Assembly (NCBI GenBank): GCA_040437565.1
Contig: JBDOQK010000055.1
Coordinates: 1-64,000, forward strand
Length of the DNA: 64,000 nt
Source of the DNA: Albugo candida
Lineage: Eukaryota
Reading direction: 5' to 3'
In this document: piece after piece, positions 13,392-27,061 of the stretch
How the letters are laid out: each line of letters begins with the position of its first letter
Position numbering within the stretch: position 1 is the first letter of the stretch
Translations under genes and position numbers: made by a program
The notes under the pieces: generated by a model
The model's database searches: none
Told to the model about the DNA's origin: nothing
Seen by the model: only the letters and a program-made list of their open reading frames with translations

Positions 13392-13776
13392 GTTATATAT
13401 ATCAACTAGGGAAAGTTGATAATATAACAATCATAAAAGTTGTCAATGACACACTACTCACTAAGCGCATAAAATCATTCATTCAATCATATACGTAATA
13501 GATTTATATCATCTGAATGTTTTTTTTATTCTATGTTGAGCAGCTAGAAATACTCAAGAATATTTATGATAAAAGGCTGCTTATAAACTCACAATGCGCA
13601 TTATGATTACTGCATGAGGAAAACCCCTGTAATTTTTCTTTATTTTAAATGTAGCAAGAATATTAAAAAATTAACAATATTACTAAAATAGAAAGTTCCT
13701 TAACTGACTATGCGCATGCAATCCCTCCATGTAGAAAGTCTCTCTGACCTTTTTATTTATTAAAGAGTCTCATGCG

Positions 13777-13787
13777 GGATTCGAACC
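13777..13787 (-). promoter_or_regulatory. Isolated perfect B-box (TFIIIC site)
   Basis: Minus strand GGTTCGAATCC; no tRNA cloverleaf around it. Confidence 0.45.
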
Positions 13788-13794
13788 ATTCTAT

Positions 13795-13807
13795 TCATTT
13801 TCAAATT
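13795..13807 (+). promoter_or_regulatory. Oomycete Inr/FPR core promoter
   Basis: TCATTTTCAAATT resembles the oomycete TCATTYYNCAWTT element, 17 nt upstream of ATG 13825. Confidence 0.55.
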
Positions 13808-13824
13808 AACTCTCACACTGAAAA

Positions 13825-14736
13825 ATGAGTGAAATAACTCAGTCAATCGAACTGGGTAATTTTAAATTACTCTCGCGCACTCAAGTGAAAAAACTTCTAA
13901 ATGAGTCAATATACTCATGGATTCCTGTCACCGAGGAGCTGAGTAACGTCATCAGAAAATTTGATGTTACATGCTTACCAGCACGTTCTCAAAGCTCAGA
14001 AATCAACAAGGAATTGTACATACACGACTTCTTTCTTTACAGTCATCTATTGGGACGAAGACATCATGACGCAGATGCTCTGCAATCTGCGTGGAGTTCT
14101 TACGTTGAGGACAATGAAATGCAGCAAAACCAGCTATGTGCATTAAAACGTGATTGGTTCGAAAAGAGCGATGGCATGAAGTATTTTGTCCATACAAGAT
14201 CATTAGCGAAACGGATCAATTGCGCAGTTCGCATGGAATTTAACTGTCCGCATTGTCATCGCGGCGATCCTAAGTTTAATCATTCTCTCAGATCTCATCC
14301 TGATTATGTTAGAAAAGTTGGAAGGGAACTATGCATCAAGATATTGAAGTTGGATAAAGATCAAAAGTTCGGGGAATATGCGCTATTAGAGGAGGAAACC
14401 AATCGGGCACCCAATGCTAAAGCACTCATCAAAGAAGTGAGGAGCCTCAAGCGCGACTTCTCTAAATTATCAGAGGAATTCACTTCTACGAAAAGGGATC
14501 TGCATGAACAAATCGCTTCTCTAAAGGATGCTCTAGCTGAATTCACTTCAAAACTTTCCCAGCAACAGCAATCAACACAAGCTTTATCAGAAGAACCGGA
14601 GGATACTACACGCCTCAAACCACGAAGATCTGACGCACCTTTTAATTCGTCTCTGAGTACCATTCTCCCATCAAATTCTCCTCTTACTCTAGAGCCGTTC
14701 ACACCTACAGACGATGAAACCAAAGATTTTGCTTAG
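13825..14736 (+). CDS. Hypothetical protein with His/Cys (H..C..CxxC..H..H) putative Zn-binding region, coiled coil and S/P-rich tail; possibly element-encoded
   Basis: Intact 303-aa ATG ORF with core promoter; VHTRS...INCAV...CPHCH...NH...SH, then a heptad region ALIKEVRSLKRDFSKL... Confidence 0.8.
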   Translation: MSEITQSIELGNFKLLSRTQVKKLLNESIYSWIPVTEELSNVIRKFDVTCLPARSQSSEINKELYIHDFFLYSHLLGRRHHDADALQSAWSSYVEDNEMQQNQLCALKRDWFEKSDGMKYFVHTRSLAKRINCAVRMEFNCPHCHRGDPKFNHSLRSHPDYVRKVGRELCIKILKLDKDQKFGEYALLEEETNRAPNAKALIKEVRSLKRDFSKLSEEFTSTKRDLHEQIASLKDALAEFTSKLSQQQQSTQALSEEPEDTTRLKPRRSDAPFNSSLSTILPSNSPLTLEPFTPTDDETKDFA

Positions 14737-14819
14737 TATTAATTTTGAACTACATAACTTTTACTAAAATATATCTTTTGTTTTAAAACTCGTTCTCTTT
14801 GTCTGTATCAATGTAATCA

Positions 14820-15253
14820 TCAGTTGAGTATTCCATATTCATCGACTTTATAAACATTTCCGTGCATAGTACGTCCGAGCATAGTTCCTCCATTATCTGA
14901 TTTAGTATCAGAAAATTCACCCACAATTGGAGTATTTCTCTCTTTTTTTTTGCGTTGCCGGTTAGCTATGTATGCACATTCTTCCTCGGTGATCCTTGCA
15001 TAGTCAGCTCTTCCAATATTTATCTCTCTGTAGTTGGTACAAAAATTTTGGTCATCGTCGGAATGCACTTTTATTTTTCAAAAGCTTTTTGTGAGGATAT
15101 TTTTCTACCACATGGCTCGAGAAAAAATGTATGCTGATTCAACCTTGTTTCGACGTCATCAATGTTGCCAATATCCATGGCTTCGTGAAGACTGGCCGTT
15201 CTGATTTTTCTCACGTTTACCTGCCACCATTTCCATTCTTCGTTGCTCCCCAC
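14820..15253 (-). pseudogene. Frameshifted ORF relic convergent with the 303-aa gene
   Basis: Two abutting protein-like ORFs (15071-15253, 14820-15068) can be joined by one frameshift near 15070; no ATG start or recognisable family. Confidence 0.35.
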
Positions 15254-17219
15254 TTAGGTAATATAAACTTGGTGTATAAAGCGGACTTCTATTGTTAAGT
15301 CTCATAATGCTGCGTCCTTTGTATCGATGTTGCTAAGTCGTCTAAAGTTTCAGCGGTTCAGTCAGCCGTTTGATTGATCAATTGCACCTTTCAAAAGATG
15401 TGACAATCCTTTCCTACTCTACTATTTTGGTATGATGTAAGCTGATGGCACGAAAGCGGTGTGAGTCTGTTCCAGTGCTCGAATCTGAAACAAAAAAATT
15501 TCGTGGAATGATTCGATAAAGACGTTGAGAAGCGCTTCGTAGCGCATGAGTGGTATGCAAGCCTATCGCTATGAAAAATCATCGAAATGTGCTCTGTTGT
15601 GCACAAACATCAAGATGTCTTTGACGAGTTTTCTACGATGCAAGAGAAGGAACTGCCTTTTGTGCCCGTCCTCGAGACCAACGAGGCCCCTGGCATCATT
15701 GGTGTGTCTTACTACCTTCACTAAACAATCGAGCGAATGGATGCCTGGACACAAAATTGCAGTGGGCTATATCGAACTCGATGGGGAACTGAAAGGCTAT
15801 CTGAATTCGTAATGTTAGCGATGGTTTGTGACCGACGGATCTGGCACTCATTACTGTATTTCATGTGTGGTGTTCAATCACCAAAGTATCCATACAGATT
15901 TTATATCACCAACTTCTATTTCAAACTACGAAAAGCACGTCACTAAAATGACATTTCAAAAATCAATTGAGCTATCTAGGATATAACTGGTTTCTTGGAT
16001 TGGACAACGTAATTGTACAGAATGATTAAATGCATTACCCGCAAGATGCAAATTTGTCGCAATGCAGTCAGACAAATTCAACAGTGGTGACGGGGTTTCC
16101 CAATCTTTCGGCAACTTGCAGAACTGACGGATGTTACTTTGCTTGTTGAAGCAGAATTCCGGGGTTGTTGCCGAATATAATGCACTTCATCAAAAACGAA
16201 AAGGTGATATACGTGTTTTTGCAGAATCTCAAGAGTTGGTGCTTTCTTCTAAAAAAAGAGAACAGGCAGAGAAAGACAATGAAGAAGCGCTTTGCATGCA
16301 GCAAGTGTGAGTGTCAATTTGCTTTCTGGTCCACCGTATGTGAGCACAAGTACTGGAGTCAAGCGGTGATGTACGCACTGTCGATGTTTTAAGCAATTAG
16401 TCTCAGGAAAAATGACAACTTGAGCGATTGAACGATCTTTTACTCGATGGAGCTGACACAAAGGCAAGGCATGACGAATTGATGGCGTTTGTTGTAAAAA
16501 AACTCTGTAGTGGTTTCTACCCTTAGGAACACTCCTCATTGAATCATCCGCATTATACTGGTCTTAATTATTCAGATCCATTCTCTGGCAAGTAGAGAAA
16601 CCAACAGTAATGCAAACGAAAACTGGTGTCAAGAATGTGTACTGATCGCTCATACAGCTGAACAAACACGCGGATCTTCTTTTTATCCCGCTATTCATCG
16701 CATGGTGCAGGTTTAGGTGCAGCTTCCTCGTCTTTCGATTGTGGCCAATATAGACAATCCTTTTGCTCATCGCAATGTGATTTCCCGATGTAGTCCCCGG
16801 AGGATTTGGAGAACAATACCGACCGGGATGTCGAATGATTCTTTGCTGGCGGTCAGTGAGACGTACGCAATAGCAGCTGGTGGAGTAGTTACACAGCCAC
16901 ACTTACGTTCCCTCGAATATATGTTATATTAGAGAAGCTCTGAAGGGAACAAAAGCACATTAGTACACAGTGGAATGCAAAAGAGGAAATCTATGCGTGA
17001 AAATGGGTTCGATAAACACTCGCTGATGTGGTTTGAGGATCAGATCCCGATGTGAAATTGGAGCTTCACCTTTTAATTGCGACTTCAATCATGACTGTTT
17101 TTTGCAAGTACTTTCAAATCTGGTAACAGTGGATGGTATATACAAACGAGCGGGATTATTGGGCGCGTTCAAGGATTGCACCATTCTTCCTAGAATATGC
17201 AAAAAATCGTAATTCAAAT

Positions 17220-17530
17220 TTATCAACAACGTCTGATCTTTGCTGGAAACCAATCACAAGATAGACTAATTTTGCGGATTAAAATATCCCGAAAGAGTTA
17301 TTTACGCTGGACTTGCTGCTTCGCCTTCGTGGCGGAGGTAATGTTTCGGGGAAACAGAGATGGAAAAGCACCAATTTGGAGGTTGACTCATCTGATGGAA
17401 ACGACAAAGAAGGTATCCCTTCAAACCACATAGTCTTCTTTCTGTCCGGTAAACAATTGGAACATGGACGTACGCTTGCAGATTACAAAAGCCAAAAAGA
17501 GTCTACCCTTCATCTGGGCCTCCGTCTTCT
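17220..17530 (+). pseudogene. Polyubiquitin pseudogene (remnants of two units)
   Basis: QQRLIFAGNQ...LLLRLRGG followed by LEVDSSD..DKEGIP...[24 protein letters not shown]; frameshifts and deletions. Confidence 0.85.
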
Positions 17531-17673
17531 TTCTGTTATGGTAGTACCATCGTTGCTGTATAAACTAGCTTCTTCTGCTAAAGTATGCACCTGTGTTGCT
17601 AGCAGTTATTTTTTGCCTGACAGATCAACATATAATCGATCAACAATGATCGGATCAAGAGATATCATATTAA

Positions 17674-17790
17674 TAGATGATAGACGACAGACGACAGATG
17701 ACAGATGATAGACGACAGACGACAGATGACAGATGACAGACCAATAGATAACAGATTAACAGATAACATGGTAACAGATAAGAGATCAAA
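17674..17790 (+). repeat. GACAGAT/GACAGAC (GACA/GATA-type) microsatellite
   Basis: gatgatagacgacagacgacagatgacagatgatagacgacagac..., decaying to the right. Confidence 0.85.
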
Positions 17791-17910
17791 GATGATATGT
17801 ATATCAACAAATAAGACAGTCACCGATTATCGGATACAGAGTATCAGAGTAAAGTATACTTGTGTATGGCTCGATCGTGCCACTCATTTCCCAACAATTC
17901 ATGAAGCCGA

Positions 17911-20700
17911 TTTATTATCATTATGAGCATTCGCGCGGCGGCATTGAGTCCGTATTAGCGGACTCTAGCTTTCGTTTACACCAGACTTTTTCTTTCTTCC
18001 GTTGAATTTTTTTGGCTTTTGCAGAGACGCGTGAGTAAGTCCTCTCCATATGGCGCGCTCTTGGGCTATAATTAACAGGGTGTAAAGATCAGCTATATTG
18101 CTCAGATGTAGAGTGGAAGTTATGTCGAGCCGTAGGTCCTTGTCGAGAATGGTTGCGAGGAAGGTAGGTATACGGTCTCGATAAGTCGGTATACTTCCAG
18201 CAGAATCATAGTATTGAGCATGTTTAATGAGCTAAAATCGGCTTTGCGCGGTGAAGAATATGACCAAAGAGTCTCCATCGAGACCTCGTCAGGTGTATTC
18301 GAAGCGGCTTTGTGTTGCAGCGCTTGTACAGATCTGCGTTGCTGATATGCCGAGGGTAGTAAATTCGGAAGACGCGGAGAAGGTGGCGAAGGTGGTGACA
18401 GCAATACGCTTCAAGACTGTCAATGTCGCGATCTGTGAGACCACATAGTTGTGCAGCAGAATAGGTGAGACATAGAAATTTTAAAAGCGAATGATAGTAT
18501 TTCTGGAAGTATGAGAATAAATCCATAGTTTCCAAAATCCTGTAGAGGCAGTTGCTGCATGAGCTTTACGCTGCTATATGTCTTCGGAGTGGCCAAGTAA
18601 TGATCCCAGATTGCGAAAGATACGCCAGCTTGCGAACGATTCGCCAGCTTTCGTCGGTCCATTCGGTAAAAGAGAAGCAGTTGTTCGCTCAATTTTGCTG
18701 ACATTGATGGTCAAGGAACGTTCCCGGAATACTTACCCGGCAATAGAAAGGATAAGCTCGAGACGAGTAGAATCATGTTGAACGAAATCCACATCATCGG
18801 CAAACACAATTGTGTTGAGATCGCGTAGTTAAATCTCCAGGTGCAGGCATAGATCGCTTAGCAAAGCTTCCAAGTCGACCACGAACACAAGTGGGGAGAG
18901 CGCATCTCCTTGCGGTGTACCATGATTACTCGCGAATGTGGGGTAGCATTTCATACCAAGACGCAGTTGAATGGTCGTGGCGCTAAGGAGAGCTTTTATC
19001 AGTTGGACCTCGTCTGGATCCAAGATCGATTCGAGAACCATCACCAATTTATGTCATCGATGGTGTCAAAAGCTTTGCTGCGACCAATACCTAGAATGTA
19101 CATATTAGTCTGGAAGCGCCGCGTCAGGGCGATATTTCATCTGTGTCCCTAGACTGCATCAGCTGTACTGCGGGCGACTCGAAAGCCGCTCTTGTTAGGC
19201 GACAGACACTTATCCACTTTTGTACCAATGCGATCTAGGATGACCGTGGATATGGTCTTACGAGTGGTGCTGAGAAGGGTGATATGTCGAAGGTTGGCAC
19301 AGCTACCCTTCCGTTTGTTAGGCTTCGGAAGGTGATGACAACACTATGATTAAGGATTTCGCGCATGGATATTGTGGGGTTTCGGATATGACAATTGATT
19401 GCTCGAGAGAGGAGATCGGAAACCACTGAGCGACTATACTTAAGTAATTGGGCTATGATGTGATTTGCGCCTGGTGCGCGATTGATTTTAAAGAACAGAA
19501 ATGCTTGTGAAACTATCTCCGCCATAATGGTAGATTTCATGTTTTTTGTTCCAACAGAGACGTCACTGAGATGGGGTTAGTGGAACTGGCCTGAAAGAGA
19601 TTTCTTTATGACTTGGGCTGTTTCCCTGTAATTATCAATGATGCAACAATCATGATCACGTATAAATAACGCTGGCCGCATTTGTTTCGTGAGCCATGGG
19701 ACGATATAATACATCCTCTCTGTGTATTTGTTCTTTTCAAGATCCATAATACGATAGGTTAGACGAAGTCTGCCAGCCTCCTTGCACTTTTGTCGTATGT
19801 TCCGTATCATGGCTTGTCAGCGAGATCGATAAAGCAGTAGTTAAACAGGTCATTGCTATTGGTGATAAGGGCACGGAGACATTTTTGCCAGCGTGTAAGT
19901 TCGGCTAATTCATCGTTGTGATCGGGACGTTGAACAGTATCAATCTTCGGTCGAATGATAGTATTTCGGATGGCTTTGATGCGAATGGGTATCGATGGCT
20001 ATTCGAGTAATTCATTGAATGCTGGTGCTACAAGTGCCTTTCTGTTGGATTGCTGGTATAGATCAAGTATGTCCACATCCTGGAGGAGGGAGGTGTCAAA
20101 AGTAAATGCCGAAGGTTTTGTACGGAATATATTCCTGAGAATCTTATAGACATTGCGTAGATCAAGGTGTGTGGCTTTGAGCCGCTTATCGCTGTCACCA
20201 AGTGTCCCCCTTGGCCCGGTCCGCTAATGCCTTGCCAGACGGTGATATTGCGTGTGAATTTCTTGTAAAAAGCTGTGTTTGACAGGAAGAGATCGTTTCC
20301 GCACAGAAATCTCGGGTCGGATGCCATATTCATTTCCGTATCCGCGTGGGTATAAACCCAGAAAAGTCTCTCCTTCGCATCGCTGCCCAATTTTGGAGTT
20401 AAAATAGTTTTAGTTTTAACAAGGCTATGCGATCCAGTAACGATGCACATGATTAGCAACTCTATCGGACATTATGAATCCCAGGCCGTAATAGTGGTTG
20501 CCGAAGGGAGAAGTACAACTCGATAAGCTGGCCGTCGGACATCGACGAGAGCTTCCATCATTTTTTTCTTTTGCAGAGCACATACATCTAGTTCGTATCG
20601 CGCGCGATCTTTCCCTAAGCATGTCTGCTTTATGCTCGAGATTAATCCTCAAACATTGAAGGTGCCGAGTTGGAGGGTCTACAATTACCGGATCAAAGAG
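17911..20700 (-). mobile_element. Degenerate non-LTR retrotransposon (APE endonuclease + RT, RTE-like)
   Basis: QLGTFNV (~20660), DVCALQ, SKAFDTID (~19070), GTPQGDALSPLVF (~18900), IVFADDVDFV (18781-18810), ISNADLY..RWRLFGHIL; 3' end ATAATGATAATAA; many stops and frameshifts; no ORF1 seen. Confidence 0.88.
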
Positions 20701-23700
20701 TCATCAGAATCAGACGCTGCGGGCATGTATCAGGTAGGGCGTCACCATTGACCACCGAGAAGCATAAAGAAGATACTGTGCATAAAAAACTTACCGAAAG
20801 CATCCTCACTGGACGGAGATTATTCCGGTTATCTGCATGACAAACGTGGCACCATTCATTAAAGATGGTATTATCGTCGAACCAACCGAGACAAAAGCAA
20901 AAGCCTCAGAAAGGCCTGAGAGCTTCCAGGACGAATGGGTATGCTGAAAATGCTGTCAATATGCCCCGATGGTTACAGTCGGTATGTTGTTGGAAGTGAT
21001 AGCGGTTCCACTAAAATTTATATGTTCCTCAGAATCTTTTCTGATATGATAGACGTCGAGAATAGCGGCGATGTGGCGATGTGGCGACGAGAGCAATTCT
21101 ATACGACACAAATCGCCTTTTTCATTAGACAGAAAATGGGATCTCTTCTATGCGACGAAAGGAGTCCCAATTGGAAAGCGGGATGCTGAAGGAACAATTT
21201 AACGTGCATTCTTGAGCGAGAACTTTTATGGATATAACGCTATTAGATCGATTGCGTCTCTTGGAGATTTCGTATTCCTCTGCATATGCTGTTCTTATTA
21301 AGCAATTTACACGCTTGCAATTCGCATTCAGATCATACCGCATCCTCGGATTGCTTTAGATGGACGATTGAACAGCTTGTGGAGAAATTCTTCGAATAAG
21401 TCAGCAACTCCGTTTCTGATAAAAAGCAGAGACCATAATTTGCGGGGAAAGATTTTCTTATCATGTATAGGCTTGGCTGTGCACCCTGAGATAATATAAA
21501 GTAGAACGTTCAGATCGAGCTCAACTTCAATTATCTCCAGATATTTTTTCTATTGACAAGCATCAACTTCTTTGGAGGCCACGTCTCACTTACGCCATCA
21601 ATGCATCACGATAAATTGACGTCATTGGTATACTTGAGCGAATGGTCTTCCGTAAAACGACTTATCTCGCGTATATGAGACTCGAAAAGGAATGCAAAGG
21701 GAAAGCTGTGAGACAGAGCGTGGTCGCATGACGACATTGTGTTTCTTCCGGTATTTTCGGTACAAAGCTTTGACCTGGAGTCGTTCTAACACCGATTACA
21801 GCATAATTCTGGCCTGCGTAGCTCTATGGGATAGAGGAGTCTAACGAGCTATGTACGCCGTGAAAGCATTGATGACTTTATTTGTCGACGCTTAGAAGAA
21901 CTTTTGCGGATTGTGCACTTAAATGGCGGACAGTTATTTTCGCTACTCATGTTAGTAGCACGACATTTGGTTCATTTCTTAGAATTGTGGTACAAGAAGC
22001 TTTCATGCAATCAGTGTTTTTTAAAGCATCAAATGAATAATATTCACTAGAATTTTGTCTCATACTTGAGCCAGGACAACAGCAGTATTAGCGGCAGCTA
22101 CGCTTTTGAAGACAGATTTATCACCTGCGTAACCCTCCCTTTACACGCGATCCATATTGCTGGATTCTCTCTACATTCCAGTTTGTCGGTATGTATTCTG
22201 TGTCAGCATTATAAAAGAGCCAGTATTGCAACAGAGCCTACGGCTGCGGCTGCAAGCGATATGCCCACCATTTTAGTTGTATATACAAGGATACCGATCT
22301 TATTTAAGTAATTTGGTCATTCTGCATGTCAAAAATATCCTTTATTTTCATTCTTCTCTTCACGATATGAATTCAAAAGTCCTCGAGATATTCCGACTTA
22401 GTCTTTGCAAATATCATTCCACCCGAAAAATAATCTGTCGATCAGTTTTCGTTGGTAACCTATGTTAATGTAGATCGAAAGAGTGCACGTTCAAGCTGCG
22501 GTAAGATTGTCCATAGGGATTTTATAAGCTCAATTCTATTTCATTCCTACCAACTGCAAGATTGTTGGGAGACCGAAACAACATAGCAGAACGAGGATTT
22601 TTAGACTCCGGATTAGGAAGCAACCCTTCAACCCTTAGACTTCAGTTTCTTTTTCATACATAGAAACAGTCGAGCAAAATGTCGGTTATTCATCTCTGTA
22701 TTGTATGATTATAATCATCATGCTCTAGTATCTTGTAAACAAAGAAAAATGCCGAAGTAGATGAAAGTGTAGCTGCACCACTTTGAGCATTTAGGGACTT
22801 TATGAACGGTGAATGTTTACATGTTGTTCTTTTTACTCCCTTACCTGACCGTAACTCGTAAAGCCAAATCATTCCGAAGCGTATGAAGCCAAAGGAGCTT
22901 TGGAATGGAGCACAAAAACACAAACAGCGCTGTGTTCAAGTATCTATTCAAATATAGAATTGATCGATGTAAGTGAACGAATTGGAGGAAGATAGAATAC
23001 TTTTATATGAAGAGACGCACATAAACATGTTGAAACAGACACGCGCCATAGTGCACAAATATTAATACGTTATCCAAAGTGTCAACGCCTTGTCGAACAA
23101 TTTGGTGGCAATGCAGGAGAATGAGTCCTATCAATTGCATCTCCCCCTTATCAGGTACAAATGAGCACGAGGCAGAAAATTTAATGCAAGACAACTGCGA
23201 ACCATCAATTGGAGGAGAAGATTCAACTCTTATTAGGTCCAATCATGGTGTATGAGATATATCATACTGGTGAGTTCGACTCAAGTTAATAAGTCTTCGT
23301 ACTTGGAAAACAATCGCAGCTTTACAGCGGGCAGTTGGGATATTTTACAATAGTTCAGAGCATAAACTGGATGCAAATGTTTGAGAGGAAACTTGGAAAC
23401 GATATTATCTTTTTGTCACAAAGATGAAAAGAAGACATGCGTTACACAACGAGACAATTTCAGATGATATCAATAATTAAAGCGTTGGTCCATGAAACTA
23501 CATTTTGGACAACATGGAAGAATCATCTGCAAACCAAATAAAAAAGCAGCTCGCATGATGAGAGTCAAATGTTCAAATGATAAATCTTTAAAGCATCGAT
23601 GACGTAGCTTGCATAGGTGTATCGCTTGTTAGGAGACTTTCCGCGCTAAAGTAATCCCATAAAGATTCGATGGATAGGCCTCAACGCTTGGACCCGGTCA

Positions 23701-26700
23701 AGATGACCAATACCGCCTTAGTTCCTCGATGGTGACTCTGACCGCCTTAGCTGCTCTAAGTACTGATGCTCATAAGAACTTCGTTTGTTCAAACGCCACC
23801 AAGTGTGATTAAGTAGAAGTCTTAATGGTGCCGGCCGACTTATTCGTTGTCAATGAGGTCTTAATGAAACCACAACCTCCTTGTAAGCAAATCGACTCAA
23901 TAATCTGGTTCCCTAGAATCCACCACATTCCTGCAAGATAACGACTCGATTGAAATTTTTGGTGTCTATATGATGGCGAACCATCAAGAGACTTCAGCCT
24001 CATTATATCTATAGCCTTCGTGAGCTGCATTTATGGTTGGGGGCGCTGAGTGAATCTCTCGGTAGCCGCTGAAATTGAGACCTTCATTGATCTCGCTCGA
24101 TTTCCATCCTACATGGTGTTACGTCTATTTATGGATCCATTGTCGACACTTGATTTGCAACAAAGGCGCTTTTCAATTGATTACCTGCGCTATCAGTCTC
24201 CGAAGACTGCGACGTCACTGATTGCGGACACCGTCAAGGGTCAAAATCCCATATTTCAGCATCGTGGTTGTCGAACCAATATGTTGAGTTGTATATCCAG
24301 GAATTGTTAAAACACGTCGACGCAAGACTCCGAGTTATCTTGACAGAATTATTGAATATTCCTCTTGAAATGTTTATCGTAAAAGTAGTGTTGGGGAAGC
24401 CATCGCGTCACCTTTCCTTGGTCGGTGGATGAAGACCAAGAAAAAAGTATTATCAAGTATAGTCATCTGGATAACGTCATGTCGTTGTTTTTGATCAAAT
24501 TAAGTTCGAGATACACGTTGGAATATTTGGATGAAGCTCTTCTTGCTCTCTGAAAAAGATATGGTTGTGACGGTGAGAGTTTTCTCATTGTTGATGACTG
24601 CATATTCGGTCAAAGAAAGCCAACTGCGCAAAGCAACGCGATTCCATAATAACAGCATGGTCAGACTTGTTGTAAGATCGTATTGCTATAAAATACATTG
24701 CTATGCGCAACAGAGCCATACGGTTGTTTGTGGACTCCGTCATCCTTCAAACTTTACTAAATTGAAGGTTTGATTGCTATAAGTTGCGACTGCCATAATG
24801 CTTCAAAACCCAACACGAAACATCATCAATCTAGCAATCTTTTGATTCACAAGGGTATACCCTTCCTTCGGTATTTGCGTATCCCATTTTGGAATGTGGC
24901 CTTCAATCCTCATCTTGAACACCTCCCTAATCTTATATATTCCTCTCAATAGAGTAAATCAACAAAGCATCTCCTCAGTCTAACATCAACTATCAAACGT
25001 ACTCATCAAATCTGCACTTGGCTCTCTTCTCATTAACGGGATCGATAGCACGCCACTCAGACGATACGAATGCCTCGAGGACGAATCAGACTGCGCACTA
25101 TTCATCAGTGCCATTATCCACAGCTGTCTCATCGTCCAACTCTCTCCCCACTGCATATTTCTCGCGCTTAATTGTGTCGCTAATTGACATTTATTCATGC
25201 ACACACATGCGCTGTCTTCCACACATCCAATGTGATGGTACATATCCTTTCGCCCGCACAAATTTTTTGACTGGATATACAACATTGTTTCGCAACATCC
25301 CTAGTTTAACGCTTCCATATCGTACCACCAAGAAATCCATGAGTTCTCTTCTGTAAAGAAGCGTTCCGCTTGCTTTTCTGCTTGCATTTCTTCTACTGAT
25401 ACACGGCACGACATTGCAAACGTTTCACGTGCATTTTAACGACGACATTCCGTAGCACAGCACTACACTCAAACCCGTAGTGTCCACGCTCATTCGAATC
25501 GCTTCGTAGCGTAATCCTATCTCCGCGAATGCTTTTCGTGACGCGAATTTTTGGCGATGGAGTGAATTCTCACGGACTCATAGCCGTCTTACTCCCCAAT
25601 GAGTCTATATTACTGCTGACCCAATGTGAAGCGAAATGAGTGTGATGCTCGTGACATCTCTAACGCAATAAATGCAAGATATCCAACGAAGAGACACACT
25701 GTGATTGACGTGATTCTAATCGAACCGGTTTCTGCCGAGTTCACCGCGTATACTTGACAGCACGCATTGAAACGGGTTTTTGCCATTTTCGAGGCAAGGG
25801 AATCGCATTGTTGTACGAATGTTTACCGATTATTAAGTGATCCATACGGTTCAAATGAAAAGCTCCCGTGAATCCTCCTTCACCCGGCAATGGAAGCTAC
25901 CAGGACCTACATTGCAGAATTTACTCTTCCCGTCCATATTGCTCGCAAATCGCGTCCTACACACGTACCATGTTTCCGACAGCATTCCAAACACAAACGG
26001 CTCTGCTCCATGCGCGCCCCCTTCCATGTGTCTGGGTCTCGAGGTCGTCGGTGTCGGTGTTGGCGTGCATTGACTGCCTCTATCGATAAACGAGGGTTGG
26101 CAGTCTTTCACCGATGCAGTAAACTCATTATATTGGACGACGAACCCCATCACATGTGTCACGATCATTGATGACGGAATGTAAGCGCTGATGTGACATC
26201 AGGTACGCATGCATGGAATCGTACGCAAACCTCCACGATGACACTGGATGTAACGGAACGCAGAAGTGAAGACATTGTAAAGGGTACAGGAGCTTTAAAA
26301 GAATCTATGACTTGCGGGCATGAAGAGCCGATGACCACCGATGGAACTTCCATACTGCATCAAATACCATTCTGGCCGCGGGATATGTGATTTCCATTCA
26401 AATGCATCGTCTTCACAATACGTTCGTATCGCATTGTATCCGATCACATATTAGTGGTTTTTGGTACTGAAACAACGCGTCGGAGTTCAAATGCGCTACA
26501 TCAAAGCCCTGTTAGTCGTAAAACCTCTCTGCGTTTCCGTTCCATTTTCCTTCATTTCGGTTTTTTTACGCTTCCGAAACAAACTTGCCACTGGTTGAGC
26601 GTCAAGTGCATCCAACAGAAATCGAAGTGTGCGGAGATTATGAAACCTCAAAGTGGTCATTTCAAATTTTCCGCCTGTTGAATTTCATTTGGCAGCACTG

Positions 26701-27061
26701 GGTGCAATTTCGCTCAATGTGCAGGATCCAAATCGCCAAAAGCGCTACTGACGCCAAACTTTCGACTTATACGCTCGGACATGTGCTTCGCGATCAGCTT
26801 TTCTACAGTTCGACTGCATGGTCGCCATTCGTCGACCTGTTGGGAGTTCCCATGATGACTTACGGAATCGGGACCGATTCTTACTATTACTATTTCCCGA
26901 TCTCTTTGAAGTTTTGCCCAAATTCATCAAAGCCGAACCCAAAGTCAAAGCTAAATNNNNNNNNNNNNNNNNNNNNNNNNNNNNNNNNNNNNNNNNNNNN
27001 NNNNNNNNNNNNNNNNNNNNNNNNNNNNNNNNNNNNNNNNNNNNNNNNNNNNNNNNTATTA

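Noticed and set aside
561..22275. Signal-peptide-like short ORFs (588 +, 7457 -, 22271 -)
   Set aside because: Early stops and no recognisable motif; they may be effector relics but cannot be supported
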